Of a stretch of 64,000 nt of DNA, positions 26,850-37,316 are shown one piece after another. Source of the stretch: a virus (Duplodnaviria; Caudoviricetes); the IMG/VR virus record IMGVR_UViG_3300027813_000012, positions 3,958 to 67,957 of that record; one strand, written 5' to 3'. Positions within the stretch are counted from its first letter, which is position 1; every line of letters starts with the position of its first letter. Made by a program: the position numbers and the translations under genes. The notes beneath the pieces are model-generated. The model saw nothing but the letters and a program-made list of their open reading frames with translations. It ran no database searches and was not told the DNA's origin.

Positions 26850-27773
26850 ATGGAAATGTTTAACAAAAAGGAGCTAGAGAAAAGAATAGGTCCTCTAAAA
26901 AAGAATGACAAATTATACGATTTAGAACAGGTTGAAGGCTATGTTCTAAGAAAATGTCAGGAAGCAGGTTTAGAACACAGTTATGATGTTGTGGCCGAAG
27001 AAATGCCTTACTTTAAAACACTAGCTTATACCGAGTACGCGGGAAACTTTTATATGCAACCGCTAAACTTTATGATGCGTAACGAACAGATGGCGGACGC
27101 GTGGGCTGATAACATTAAGCAAAAAGACAGGGTCGATTACGTCTCTTACTTAGTAAAAAATGTTGTTGGTGATAATGCTAATAAATACAAAGGTAGACAA
27201 GAAGAGATTGATAAGTATCCAGCTAAAGACTATTTAGTAGTTTTACCTGGTTCTAACAAGCTAAGAGAAAACGTCTGCTTGAATAAACTTAAACATATTG
27301 TTAATAAACACGGTAACAACGTCTTATTTAAACCTCATCCAATAACCACCCATCAAATAATAGGTGAGTTAAAGGACTTTTTTGGTGAAGAAAACATTCT
27401 TCCTAAAAATGTAGACATGTATTATTATATGCAAAAGGCTAAAGGTGTTTATTCCACCCACATAAGTGAGAGTCCTTTATACGCGTCTGTTTTAGGTAAA
27501 AGTATAGAACCTGTAGATGTTTGGAACAATATACAAAGAGGGTCTTTTTATTGTATAAATAGTTTTTTATACTTTCATCAATCAAATATAAAGGATTATG
27601 TTAATAGAACATTCTCTAGTTATAAATCTGGAATCATAAACCCGGTTGTTGATAAAAATTGGAAAGAAAAAGTAGACAAGTATATGGAATATATTTGTAA
27701 AAAAAGAGAAGTTTATAAAAATTGGTTTATATCTGAACCTAAAAAAGAACAAAGAAAATTAGTAAAAACATAA
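26850..27773 (+). CDS. GT-B glycosyltransferase, KpsS/KpsC-like
   Basis: ANKY, YLVVLPGS, VLFKPHP, VYSTHISESPLYASVLGKSI (cf. VVTINSTVGFEALLLGKPV). Confidence 0.6.
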   Translation: MEMFNKKELEKRIGPLKKNDKLYDLEQVEGYVLRKCQEAGLEHSYDVVAEEMPYFKTLAYTEYAGNFYMQPLNFMMRNEQMADAWADNIKQKDRVDYVSYLVKNVVGDNANKYKGRQEEIDKYPAKDYLVVLPGSNKLRENVCLNKLKHIVNKHGNNVLFKPHPITTHQIIGELKDFFGEENILPKNVDMYYYMQKAKGVYSTHISESPLYASVLGKSIEPVDVWNNIQRGSFYCINSFLYFHQSNIKDYVNRTFSSYKSGIINPVVDKNWKEKVDKYMEYICKKREVYKNWFISEPKKEQRKLVKT

Positions 27774-27797
27774 CAATTAAATTAAATAAAATCAAAG

Positions 27798-28061
27798 ATG
27801 AAAAAATTAAAAGAACTAAAGCCTAAGAGTGTAACTCAAGAGGAATTAAAATTAATAAAAGGATTAATAAACGCTATCAATCAAGCTCAACTGCAAATTG
27901 GTAGTCTTGAGGTTCAAAAGAAAACATTAGTTGATCAGTGCTTTTTTGCCCAAGATAAATTAAACTCTAACAACTCTTTGCTTAAAGAAAAGTATGGTGA
28001 TGTTTCAGTTAATATTCAAGACGGGTCCTTAAAAACTATACCCAAAAATGAATCTAATTAG
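27798..28061 (+). CDS. Coiled-coil protein (possible fibre assembly helper)
   Basis: Heptad pattern; EKYGDVSVNIQDG. Confidence 0.5.
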   Translation: MKKLKELKPKSVTQEELKLIKGLINAINQAQLQIGSLEVQKKTLVDQCFFAQDKLNSNNSLLKEKYGDVSVNIQDGSLKTIPKNESN

Positions 28062-28266
28062 AAAGATTAGTATAGGTAAAGACTATAAAAACGAAGCTAT
28101 GCATTATGCAGTGGGGCAGGAAGTATACGGTGGCCACACTATTTGTGATATAATTGAAGAAGATAAAAAGTTCAGTATTTATATCATGAAGAATAAAGAA
28201 GTACTACCTTGGAAAGATTTCAATAAAAACATGGCAATAGCCGTGGAGTATAATTTAGAATATTAA
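28048..28266 (+). CDS. Hypothetical phage protein
   Basis: ORF track; coupled overlaps. Confidence 0.6.
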   Translation: MNLIRKISIGKDYKNEAMHYAVGQEVYGGHTICDIIEEDKKFSIYIMKNKEVLPWKDFNKNMAIAVEYNLEY

Positions 28267-28856
28267 TGCAGGGTTTATTTGACTTTGTAGTTAAACCAAA
28301 AGGATCAAGATATAATAACGTTAAGAAAATTGGAGATAAAGAGTTAATATTAAACTCAGAGATATTCAACCATCAATACGTTAATAGAGAAGCTGTTGTT
28401 GTTTCAACACCTAAAATAATACCAACTGATATAAAACCTGGTGATACAATTATAGTACATCATAATGTTTTTAGAAGATGGCATGACCAACAGGGTGTTG
28501 AAAGAAACAGTAGAGGCTACTTTAAAGAAAATAAGTATTTTGTTTCTATGGACCAGATATATTTATATCAAAATAAAGATGGTTGGTTCTCGCTACCAGA
28601 TTACTGCTTCGTAAAACCTATAGTATCAAAAGAGGATATGTGGGCTGAAGATAAAGAAAAACCATTAGTTGGTATTGTTAAGTATACAAACAAAAAACTA
28701 AGTTTAAAAAAAGGTGATCTAATAGGTTTCACACCTAACAGTGAATATGAGTTTATCATAGAAAAAGAAAGGCTTTATAGAGTTTTATCTAAATTTATTA
28801 CAATCAAATATGAATATCAAGGAGACGAAAAAGAATATAATCCTAGCTGGACATAA
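28266..28856 (+). CDS. Tandem GroES-like protein
   Basis: Two units: FVVKP..AVVVSTP..IKPGDTIIV and CFVKP..GIVKY..LKKGDLIGF. Confidence 0.55.
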   Translation: MQGLFDFVVKPKGSRYNNVKKIGDKELILNSEIFNHQYVNREAVVVSTPKIIPTDIKPGDTIIVHHNVFRRWHDQQGVERNSRGYFKENKYFVSMDQIYLYQNKDGWFSLPDYCFVKPIVSKEDMWAEDKEKPLVGIVKYTNKKLSLKKGDLIGFTPNSEYEFIIEKERLYRVLSKFITIKYEYQGDEKEYNPSWT

Positions 28857-29085
28857 AGCAGTTGAGGAATTAATAAAAGTTGCCAAAGAAGCTATAGTTG
28901 ATTCTGGTGAAGATATTACAGCAGACAGATTAAAAAATGCGGCAGCTACAAAAAAACTAGCTATTTTTGATGCGTTTGAAATTCTTAATAGAATTCAGGA
29001 CGAACAAGATATGTTAGATAACAAACCAAAGGAAGAGAAAAGAATAGAAGCTTTTGGAGGGTTTGCAGAAAAAAGATCTAAATAA
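28810..29085 (+). CDS. Putative terminase small subunit
   Basis: Small helical protein coupled to TerL. Confidence 0.5.
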   Translation: MNIKETKKNIILAGHKAVEELIKVAKEAIVDSGEDITADRLKNAAATKKLAIFDAFEILNRIQDEQDMLDNKPKEEKRIEAFGGFAEKRSK

Positions 29086-31289
29086 TGTACAACCAAACGT
29101 TGTATGAGGTTGTAGAACCTATAAAAATAAACACCATTAAGAGACTTAATAAGTCTAAAAAATGGGAATACGGTTACAATAAAGAACATGATTTAATTGT
29201 AATATCAAAAACTGGTCAAATAGGTGAGATATATAATATACAAAACCTAACAATAGCTTTACCAAAAGAAGATAAAGTCCATAAATTTGATAACGACACG
29301 TGGAAGGTAACTGAACAACCTCAACCACTGCAAAGAATAAAGACAATATTTGATTGGAAAGACTACCCGCAAGACTTTAAAGAGAAGCATGTAGATTACA
29401 TTGAGGATGAATTTAGAAAAAGAGATGACGGTTTTTGGTTTTATAATAAAGGCAAAGCAACATATATAACAGGGACACACTATATGTACTTACAGTGGTC
29501 TAAGATTGACGTAGGTCAACCGGATTTCAGAGAAGCTAATAGATTGTTCTATATTTTTTGGGAAGCTTGTAAGGCTGATAAAAGAGCATACGGTATGTGC
29601 TACTTGAAAAATAGAAGATCTGGTTTTTCTTTTATGGCTTCAGGCGAACTTGTTAATCAAGCAACAATATCAAGTGATTCTAGGTTTGGTATATTGTCTA
29701 AAACTGGACCAGATGCTAAAAAGATGTTCACAGACAAAGTTGTGCCAATATCAGTTAATTACCCGTTTTTTTTCAAACCAATCCAAGATGGTATGGATAG
29801 GCCAAAAACAGAGCTTGCGTATAGAGTGCCAGCATCTAAGTTGACTAGAAGGAAAATTGAACAAGGAAGCGATGGCGAAGAGTTAGATGGCTTAGATACA
29901 ACTATAGATTGGAAAAATACAGGTGACAACAGTTATGATGGTGAGAAGCTGAAACTATTAGCTCATGATGAAAGTGGTAAATGGGAGAGGCCTAACAATA
30001 TATTAAATAACTGGAGAGTTACAAAAACAACACTACGATTAGGTAGTAGAATTATAGGTAAGTGTATGATGGGATCAACATCGAACGCTTTAGACAAAGG
30101 AGGAGCAAACTTTAAAAAACTATTTAATGGATCTGATGTCACAAAAAGAAACAGAAATGGACAGACTAGCTCAGGATTATATTCTTTGTTTATACCTATG
30201 GAGTGGAATTACGAAGGATTCATTGATACTTATGGACACCCTGTCTTTGATACGCCGAAGGAAGAGGTTCAAGGACCTTACAATGACGTAATTGATACAG
30301 GAATTCTAGAACATTGGCAAAATGAAGCTGACGGATTAAAAAGTGATGGAGATGCTTTGAATGAGTTTTACAGACAGTTCCCAAGAACTACTGAGCACGC
30401 TTTTAGAGATGAAACACAAAACAGTATATTTAATTTAGCTAAAATATACGAGCAAATAGATTATAACGAAGAGCTAAATGCGCCACTAACGCAAGGTAAT
30501 TTTCAATGGGTTAATGGGGTTAAGGACGGAAAAGTTATATTTTATCCTGATAATAAAGGAAGGTTTAAAATTAGCTGGACACCTAAGATACACCAACAAA
30601 ATAACCATACTATTAAGAATGGTTTAAAATACCCAGGCAATGAACATATGGGTGCTTTTGGATGTGATAGTTATGACATATCAGGAACAGTGGATGGTAA
30701 AGGATCGAAAGGCGCTTTGCACGGTTTGACTAAGTTTAGCATGGAAGACTGTCCACCAGCTCACTTCTTCCTAGAGTATGTAGCTAGACCACAGACGGCT
30801 GAGATATTCTTTGAGGACGTTCTAATGGCTTTAGTATTTTACGGGATGCCTATATTAGCAGAGAACAATAAGCCCCGTCTATTATACTATTTGAGAAGAC
30901 GTGGTTATCGAGGTTATTCAATGAATAGACCGGACAAGATATGGAACAAACTATCTGTAGCAGAAAAAGAGGTTGGTGGAATTCCTAACTCAAGCGAAGA
31001 TATAAAGCAAGCTCACGCCGCAGCAATTGAAATGTACATACAAGATCACGTAGGTATGAAATCAGATGATACCCATGGTGATATGTATTTTTCAGAAACA
31101 CTACAAGATTGGGCTAAGTTTGACATAAACAATAGAACAAAATTTGATGCAGCAATAAGCTCTGGTTTGGCGGTAATGGCTTGTAATAGGCATCTTTACA
31201 GACCTAACGCAGAAATAAAAAGAGAAAAACTAAATATAAGTATATCTAAATATAAAAACCAAGGTGTGCGCTCTAAATTAATAGATTAA
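29085..31289 (+). CDS. terL: Terminase large subunit
   Basis: LKNRRSGFS (Walker A), LLAHDESGKW (Walker B), AFGCDSYD and KFDAAISSG nuclease motifs. Confidence 0.92.
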   Translation: MYNQTLYEVVEPIKINTIKRLNKSKKWEYGYNKEHDLIVISKTGQIGEIYNIQNLTIALPKEDKVHKFDNDTWKVTEQPQPLQRIKTIFDWKDYPQDFKEKHVDYIEDEFRKRDDGFWFYNKGKATYITGTHYMYLQWSKIDVGQPDFREANRLFYIFWEACKADKRAYGMCYLKNRRSGFSFMASGELVNQATISSDSRFGILSKTGPDAKKMFTDKVVPISVNYPFFFKPIQDGMDRPKTELAYRVPASKLTRRKIEQGSDGEELDGLDTTIDWKNTGDNSYDGEKLKLLAHDESGKWERPNNILNNWRVTKTTLRLGSRIIGKCMMGSTSNALDKGGANFKKLFNGSDVTKRNRNGQTSSGLYSLFIPMEWNYEGFIDTYGHPVFDTPKEEVQGPYNDVIDTGILEHWQNEADGLKSDGDALNEFYRQFPRTTEHAFRDETQNSIFNLAKIYEQIDYNEELNAPLTQGNFQWVNGVKDGKVIFYPDNKGRFKISWTPKIHQQNNHTIKNGLKYPGNEHMGAFGCDSYDISGTVDGKGSKGALHGLTKFSMEDCPPAHFFLEYVARPQTAEIFFEDVLMALVFYGMPILAENNKPRLLYYLRRRGYRGYSMNRPDKIWNKLSVAEKEVGGIPNSSEDIKQAHAAAIEMYIQDHVGMKSDDTHGDMYFSETLQDWAKFDINNRTKFDAAISSGLAVMACNRHLYRPNAEIKREKLNISISKYKNQGVRSKLID

Positions 31290-31293
31290 ACAA

Positions 31294-33693
31294 ATGGCAG
31301 AATCAATTACAAAAGGTTATTTCCCAAGTCAAGTCGTAAGCGACTCTGAGAAGGTCGGTCTTGACTATGGGTTAAAGGTTGCTAAAGCGATTGAACAAGA
31401 ATGGTTTCAACGTGATTCTGGAACTAATAGATTTTATAACAACCAAAGTGAGTTTCACAAACTAAAACTTTACGCAAGAGGAGAGCAGTCAATACAAAAA
31501 TATAAAGATGAATTATCTATAAACGGTGATCTATCTTACCTTAATTTAGACTGGAAACCAGTACCTATTATACCTAAATTTGTAGATATAGTGGTTAATG
31601 GTATGTCTGAAAGGATGTATGATATAAAAGCTTACTCTCAAGATCCATACGGAATGAGTAAAAGAACTCAATACATGGAGTCTATACTTAGAGATATAGA
31701 AACAAAAGAATTGATTGATTTTGCACAAGAGTCATTAGGTATATCTTTGCAAGAAAACGCACCAGAAACTTTACCTGATAGCGAAGAAGAATTAAGCCTT
31801 CACATGCAGCTTAGCTACAAGCAAGAGGTAGAAATTGCTAATGAACAGGCTATAGCTGTTATATTAGCTGGTAATAAATTTAATGAAACAAGAAAAAGAC
31901 TTTACTACGATCTAACCACCATAGGTATAGCTTGTGTTAAAGATAAATTTACTACATCAGAAGGTATAAAAGTTGAATACGTAGATCCTGCTAATATAGT
32001 TTACTCTTACACAGAGTCACCTTATTTTGAAGATTTATATTATGTTGGTGAAGTTAAGACAATACCTATAAACGAATTAAAAAAGGAATTTCCTGGTTTA
32101 ACTCAAGAAGACCTTGATAAGATAATAAAACAACCAAATCAAACCTCTCAATTTAGAGGGTCCACTCAAAACAATAGTAATGATAAAAATACAATAGATA
32201 TACTGTACTTTAACTACAAAACCTACATGAACGAGGTCTACAAGGTTAAGGATACTATGACTGGTGGTAGTAAGGTTATATTAAGAGATGATAATTTTGA
32301 TCCACCAATAAATGATATGGTTGGGGATTATGGTAAAATAGAAAGATCCCTTGAGGTTCTTTACGAAGGTGTATTGATATTAGGAACAGACAAATTACTT
32401 AAGTGGGAAATGTCTAAAAATATGATGAGACCTAAAAGTGATTACACTAAGGTTAAAATGAACTACAATATTGTAGCTCCTAGAATGTACAAAGGAAAGA
32501 TTGAGTCTTTAGTGAAACGAATTACTGGTTTTGCCGATATGATTCAAATAACTCACTTGAAGTTACAGCAAGTACTAAACAGGATGGTACCAGATGGTAT
32601 TTATTTAGACGCTGATGGATTAGCTGAAATAGATTTAGGTAACGGAACTAATTACAATCCACAAGAAGCTTTAAACATGTATTTCCAAACTGGTTCTGTT
32701 ATAGGTAGGTCGTTTACATCAGAGGGTGATATGAACCCAGGTAAAATACCTATACAAGAAATAACAACTGGATCTGGTGGAGGTAAAATACCTGTGCTGA
32801 TTCAAAACTACAACTATTACATGCAGATGATACGTGACACAACCGGGCTTAACGAAGCTAGGGACGGTAGCACACCTGATAGTAGGGCATTAGTTGGTGT
32901 ACAAAAATTAGCAGCAGCAAATTCAAACACTGCCACAAGACATATATTAGACTCTGGGTTATACCTTACAGCTGAAGTAGCTGATTCTATATCATTAAGA
33001 ATATCTGATATATTAGAGTACTCCCCAACAAAGGAAGCTTTTATACAAAAAATAGGTGGACACAACGTTGGCACGTTAGAAGATATAAGCTCTTTACATC
33101 TTTATGACTTCGGTATATTCTTAGATGTTTCACCAGATGAAGAAGAAAAAACATTGTTAGAGAATAACATACAGGTTGCTTTAGGTCAACAAATGATAGA
33201 TTTAGAAGATGCGATTGACTTAAGGGATATTAAAAATGTTAAACTAGCCAATCAATTGCTAAAAGTTAGAAGGAAAAAGAAAAGAGAAAGAGACGAACTT
33301 CTACAAACAAAAAATATAGAGACTCAAGCTAACGCAAACGCTCAAGCACAGAAGGTTGCTGCTGAGGCAGAAGTACAAAAGAATCAAGCTTTAATGGCAA
33401 GTACAATGCAGCTTGAAGAAGCTAAGATGATGCTAGAACAAAAGAAAATGATGGCTGAAGCTCAAATCAAAAAAGAACTTATGAATCATGAGTTTATGAT
33501 AAACATGAAGCTCAAAAACATGGAGCTTAATGTAAATAAGAGCAAAGAAACTGGCAAAGAAGACAGAAAAGATGAAAGAACTAGAATTCAAGCTAGTCAA
33601 CAATCTGAATTAATAGATCAAAGAAGTAACAATAAAGCGCCTAAAAAATTTGAGTCAGTGGGTAATGACAACTTAGGTGGAATAGAATTTTAA
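31294..33693 (+). CDS. Portal protein
   Basis: 799 aa after TerL; LNLDWKPVPIIPKFVDIVVNG; C-terminal coiled coil. Confidence 0.85.
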   Translation: MAESITKGYFPSQVVSDSEKVGLDYGLKVAKAIEQEWFQRDSGTNRFYNNQSEFHKLKLYARGEQSIQKYKDELSINGDLSYLNLDWKPVPIIPKFVDIVVNGMSERMYDIKAYSQDPYGMSKRTQYMESILRDIETKELIDFAQESLGISLQENAPETLPDSEEELSLHMQLSYKQEVEIANEQAIAVILAGNKFNETRKRLYYDLTTIGIACVKDKFTTSEGIKVEYVDPANIVYSYTESPYFEDLYYVGEVKTIPINELKKEFPGLTQEDLDKIIKQPNQTSQFRGSTQNNSNDKNTIDILYFNYKTYMNEVYKVKDTMTGGSKVILRDDNFDPPINDMVGDYGKIERSLEVLYEGVLILGTDKLLKWEMSKNMMRPKSDYTKVKMNYNIVAPRMYKGKIESLVKRITGFADMIQITHLKLQQVLNRMVPDGIYLDADGLAEIDLGNGTNYNPQEALNMYFQTGSVIGRSFTSEGDMNPGKIPIQEITTGSGGGKIPVLIQNYNYYMQMIRDTTGLNEARDGSTPDSRALVGVQKLAAANSNTATRHILDSGLYLTAEVADSISLRISDILEYSPTKEAFIQKIGGHNVGTLEDISSLHLYDFGIFLDVSPDEEEKTLLENNIQVALGQQMIDLEDAIDLRDIKNVKLANQLLKVRRKKKRERDELLQTKNIETQANANAQAQKVAAEAEVQKNQALMASTMQLEEAKMMLEQKKMMAEAQIKKELMNHEFMINMKLKNMELNVNKSKETGKEDRKDERTRIQASQQSELIDQRSNNKAPKKFESVGNDNLGGIEF

Positions 33694-33723
33694 CCCATAA
33701 CACTAATTATATAATATTATATC

Positions 33724-34947
33724 ATGGCAGAAAAAAAAGAACCGGTCCAAGAACCTGTTGTAAAACAAGAAGCGGCAATCAAAAGTAGCGAAGCTATTAC
33801 AGATGCTAAGATCGAAGCTCCTCTTAAAGAGGGTGGAGATATGAAAATTAAACCTACTAAACCTAAACAGTTAGCTAATAACGAAGCTGAAGAAGCAATT
33901 AAAATTGATTTATCTCAACAAAAAGAAGTGGTTGAAGAACCTGTTGTTGAAGAACCAGTTGCTAAGGTTGAAGAAGTAGTTGAAGAACCAGTAGCTGAAG
34001 AGGTTACGGAAGAACAACCAGTAGTTGAAGAGATTACAGACGAAAAAGTTGAAGAGCAAACAGAAGAACTACAAGAAAAAGTAGAAGAAGCTGTACAGGA
34101 AGCTCAAGACACGGCTGAACCATTACCAGAAAACATAAAAAAAGTTATAGACTTTATGAATGAGACTGGTGGAAGTCTAGAAGAGTATGTTAGGTTAAAT
34201 CAAGATTACTCTAAACAAGACGATAAATCTTTACTTAAAGAATACTACAAACAAACAAAAAGTCATCTAGACTCTGATGAGGTTGATTTCTTAATAGAAG
34301 ACAGCTATGATTACGACGAGGACGTCGATGACGAAAGAGACATTAAAAGAAAAAAGTTAGCACTTAAAGAGCAAGTTGCCAGTGCTAAAAACCACCTAGA
34401 CGGGTTAAAGTCTAAATATTACGAAGAGATCAAAGCTGGATCAAGACTAGATCCTGATCAAAAGAAAGCTGTAGATTTTTTCAACCGTTACAACGATGAA
34501 GTTAAAACATCAACAAAAGTAGCAGAGGAACAACAAACCACTTTTTTAAATAAGACTAATAAAGTCTTTAACGACCAGTTCAAAGGTTTTGAATATAAGG
34601 TTGGAGAAAAGAAATTCAGGTTTAATGTTAAAGATGGTGAACAAGTTAAGACACAACAGAGCGATCTTAATAACTTTGTCAAGAAGTTTCTTGATAAAAA
34701 CAATGTTATGAACGACGCAGAAGGTTATCACAAGTCTTTATTTACCGCCAACAACCCTGATGCTGTTGCCAAGCATTTTTACGAACAAGGTAAAGCAGAT
34801 GCTATCAAGGATAGTATAGCTAAATCAAAAAATATCAACATGGATCCTAGACAAGCACAGTCAAATGTGATTCCTACTTCCGGTTGGTCCGTAAAAGCTG
34901 TACCAGGTGACTCGGTGTCCGATTTCAAAGTTAAGATAAGAAAATAA
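33724..34947 (+). CDS. Putative capsid scaffolding protein
   Basis: Very acidic EEPV repeats; between portal and MCP. Confidence 0.65.
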   Translation: MAEKKEPVQEPVVKQEAAIKSSEAITDAKIEAPLKEGGDMKIKPTKPKQLANNEAEEAIKIDLSQQKEVVEEPVVEEPVAKVEEVVEEPVAEEVTEEQPVVEEITDEKVEEQTEELQEKVEEAVQEAQDTAEPLPENIKKVIDFMNETGGSLEEYVRLNQDYSKQDDKSLLKEYYKQTKSHLDSDEVDFLIEDSYDYDEDVDDERDIKRKKLALKEQVASAKNHLDGLKSKYYEEIKAGSRLDPDQKKAVDFFNRYNDEVKTSTKVAEEQQTTFLNKTNKVFNDQFKGFEYKVGEKKFRFNVKDGEQVKTQQSDLNNFVKKFLDKNNVMNDAEGYHKSLFTANNPDAVAKHFYEQGKADAIKDSIAKSKNINMDPRQAQSNVIPTSGWSVKAVPGDSVSDFKVKIRK

Positions 34948-34975
34948 ATTTAACTAACTTTAAAAATTAAAAATT

Positions 34976-36397
34976 ATGGCATTAGCTAGCTCGGGTGCCG
35001 CATTAGCGCACCTAACCCCGAGACCAAATAAAACATTGTTTGGCTCAAATTATTTATCAATCGCAGGCAACGATTTCAATTTCACAAAACAATTCCTACC
35101 GGAAGTTTATGAAAAAGAAGTTGAAAGATATGGAAACAGAACTATTTCTGGTTTCTTATCTATGGTCGGCGCTGAAATGCCTATGGCTTCTGACGAAGTT
35201 GTATGGTCTGAACAAGGTAGAATTCACGTAGCATACGACGATGTCGTAGGTACTGATGTTTCTGCAAATTTATTAACTTTTTCTGCTGCTCACCTTTTAA
35301 GCATTGGCGATACTATTATCGCAAGCAAAGGTGGTGCAACATTAAAATGTTACGTATCTGCTGTACCTAGTACAACTACAATTACTGCTCAACCTTACAC
35401 GGTTGCTGATATATCAAGTATCGGTGCTGATGGAGTTGCTGCTGTTAAAGTATTTGTATATGGTTCTGAGTATGCTAAAGGTTCTTCTGGAGCTGGAAAC
35501 AAAAAAGATGCAACTTTCACTTCTTTCTCGAATAAGCCAATTATTCTAAGAGACAAGTATAGCGTTAACGGTTCTGACACTGCTCAGATCGGTTGGGTTG
35601 AAGTTGCTACTGAAGCTGGTACATCTGGATACTTATGGTATCTAAAATCTGAGCACGAAGCAAGGATTAGATTCGAAGATCAATTAGAAATGGCTATGAT
35701 TGAAGCGGAAAAAGTTGCTGCGGCATCTGCAATTTCTGCAACAGGTATTTCTGGATCTGAAGGTTTATTCGCTGCAATCTCTTCAAGAGGATTAGTATAT
35801 AACAATGCTGATTTTGATGATGGTGTTTCAGGTGGTATCCACGTAGGTTTAGCTGAATTTGATGCTATCTTACAAGAACTTGACAAACAAGGATCTATTG
35901 AGGAAAACATGCTTTTCTTAGACAGAGCAACATCTCTATCTATTGACAACATGCTTGCTGCTCAAAATTCTTATGGTGCAGGTGGTTCTTCTTTTGGAGT
36001 ATTTAACAACTCTGAGGAAATGGCCTTAAATTTAGGATTTTCTGGTTTCAGAAGAGGTTCTTATGACTTCTACAAAACTGACTGGAAATACTTAAATGAT
36101 TCTACAACTAGGGGACTAGTATCTGATATTGAAGGTGTTATCGTTCCTGCTGGAACTTCAACAGTTTACGATCAGGTAATGGGTAAAAATATCCAAAGAC
36201 CATTCTTACACGTTAGATACAGAGCTTCTGAAGCTGACGATAGAAGAATGAAATCTTGGATTACAGGATCTGTAGGTGGAAACTATACAAGTGACGAAGA
36301 CGCGATGAACGTTCATTTCTTATCTGAGAGATGTTTATGTGTTCAAGCAGCTAACAACTTTGTATTGTTAAAATCTACTGATGGTGTCCAAGGATAA
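34976..36397 (+). CDS. Major capsid protein
   Basis: 473 aa; QFLPEVYEKEVERYGNR, FNNSEEMALNLGFSGF, FLSERCLCVQAANNF; followed by terminator. Confidence 0.85.
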   Translation: MALASSGAALAHLTPRPNKTLFGSNYLSIAGNDFNFTKQFLPEVYEKEVERYGNRTISGFLSMVGAEMPMASDEVVWSEQGRIHVAYDDVVGTDVSANLLTFSAAHLLSIGDTIIASKGGATLKCYVSAVPSTTTITAQPYTVADISSIGADGVAAVKVFVYGSEYAKGSSGAGNKKDATFTSFSNKPIILRDKYSVNGSDTAQIGWVEVATEAGTSGYLWYLKSEHEARIRFEDQLEMAMIEAEKVAAASAISATGISGSEGLFAAISSRGLVYNNADFDDGVSGGIHVGLAEFDAILQELDKQGSIEENMLFLDRATSLSIDNMLAAQNSYGAGGSSFGVFNNSEEMALNLGFSGFRRGSYDFYKTDWKYLNDSTTRGLVSDIEGVIVPAGTSTVYDQVMGKNIQRPFLHVRYRASEADDRRMKSWITGSVGGNYTSDEDAMNVHFLSERCLCVQAANNFVLLKSTDGVQG

Positions 36398-36415
36398 TCA
36401 ATAGTAATGTAATTC

Positions 36416-36453
36416 TTACCCTCGTTGTACTGACGGGGGTAATTATTACTTTT
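36416..36453 (+). terminator. Rho-independent terminator after MCP
   Basis: TTACCCTCGT-7 nt-ACGGGGGTAA followed by T-rich tract. Confidence 0.7.
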
Positions 36454-36478
36454 ATAAACTTTTTAATTATATTATATT

Positions 36479-37255
36479 ATGACAACAAAAACAATAATTC
36501 CAGGTGTACCAGAAGGTACCGCTTGGGAAATGAAAGATAGAGTTTACTATCTAACAACAAGAGAACAACCTTTAGTATTCTCTTTACCGTCCAAACATAC
36601 TCAAAGAAAACCATTGTTATGGTTTGATCCGGTAAAAGGTTATCAAAGAGAATTAAGACTCGCAACAAATCAACCATCACCTTTAGCCGATGAGCAAAAA
36701 GGTAATGCAACTCTAGGGCGAATAGTTTTTAGAGATGGAGCTTTAGCAGTTCCAAAAAGATTTCAATCTTTACAGAAAATGTTATCGATATTCCACCCAT
36801 TAAAAGGTGTTATATATCAAGAGCATGATGAAGTTGAGGTTGCTACATATGATTTAGAATATATGGAGCAAGAGATTGAAGCTTTAACTACAGCTAAAGA
36901 CCTAGAAATTGACATCATGGAAGGTATATTAAGAGTGGAAATTGGAAGTAAAGTTTCCAGTATGAGCTCTAAAGAAATAAAAAGAGACTTGTTATTATTC
37001 GCTAAGAATAATCCCACATTATTTCTAGACCTAGTCAAAGATGACAACGTTCAATTAAGAAACTTCGGAATAAAAGCAACAGAAGCTAACTTAATTAAGC
37101 TATCCCCTGACAACAGACAGTTTACGTGGGCTAGTAACGGTAGAAAACTTATGACAGTTCCTTTCGACGAGCATCCTTACACAGCGTTAGCTGCGTGGTT
37201 TCAAACTGATGAAGGTTTGGAAGTTTATGATAACTTAGAAAAAAGATTAAAATAA
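36479..37255 (+). CDS. Conserved structural/assembly protein downstream of MCP
   Basis: ORF track; synteny. Confidence 0.6.
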   Translation: MTTKTIIPGVPEGTAWEMKDRVYYLTTREQPLVFSLPSKHTQRKPLLWFDPVKGYQRELRLATNQPSPLADEQKGNATLGRIVFRDGALAVPKRFQSLQKMLSIFHPLKGVIYQEHDEVEVATYDLEYMEQEIEALTTAKDLEIDIMEGILRVEIGSKVSSMSSKEIKRDLLLFAKNNPTLFLDLVKDDNVQLRNFGIKATEANLIKLSPDNRQFTWASNGRKLMTVPFDEHPYTALAAWFQTDEGLEVYDNLEKRLK

Positions 37256-37271
37256 ATAATCACTTATAGAG

Positions 37272-37295
37272 GTAACCATCTCTCGGGGTGGTTGC
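37272..37295 (+). terminator. Hairpin, possible terminator
   Basis: GTAACCATC-TCTCGG-GGTGGTTGC. Confidence 0.5.
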
Positions 37296-37316
37296 TTACT
37301 ATAAATAAAAAATAAT

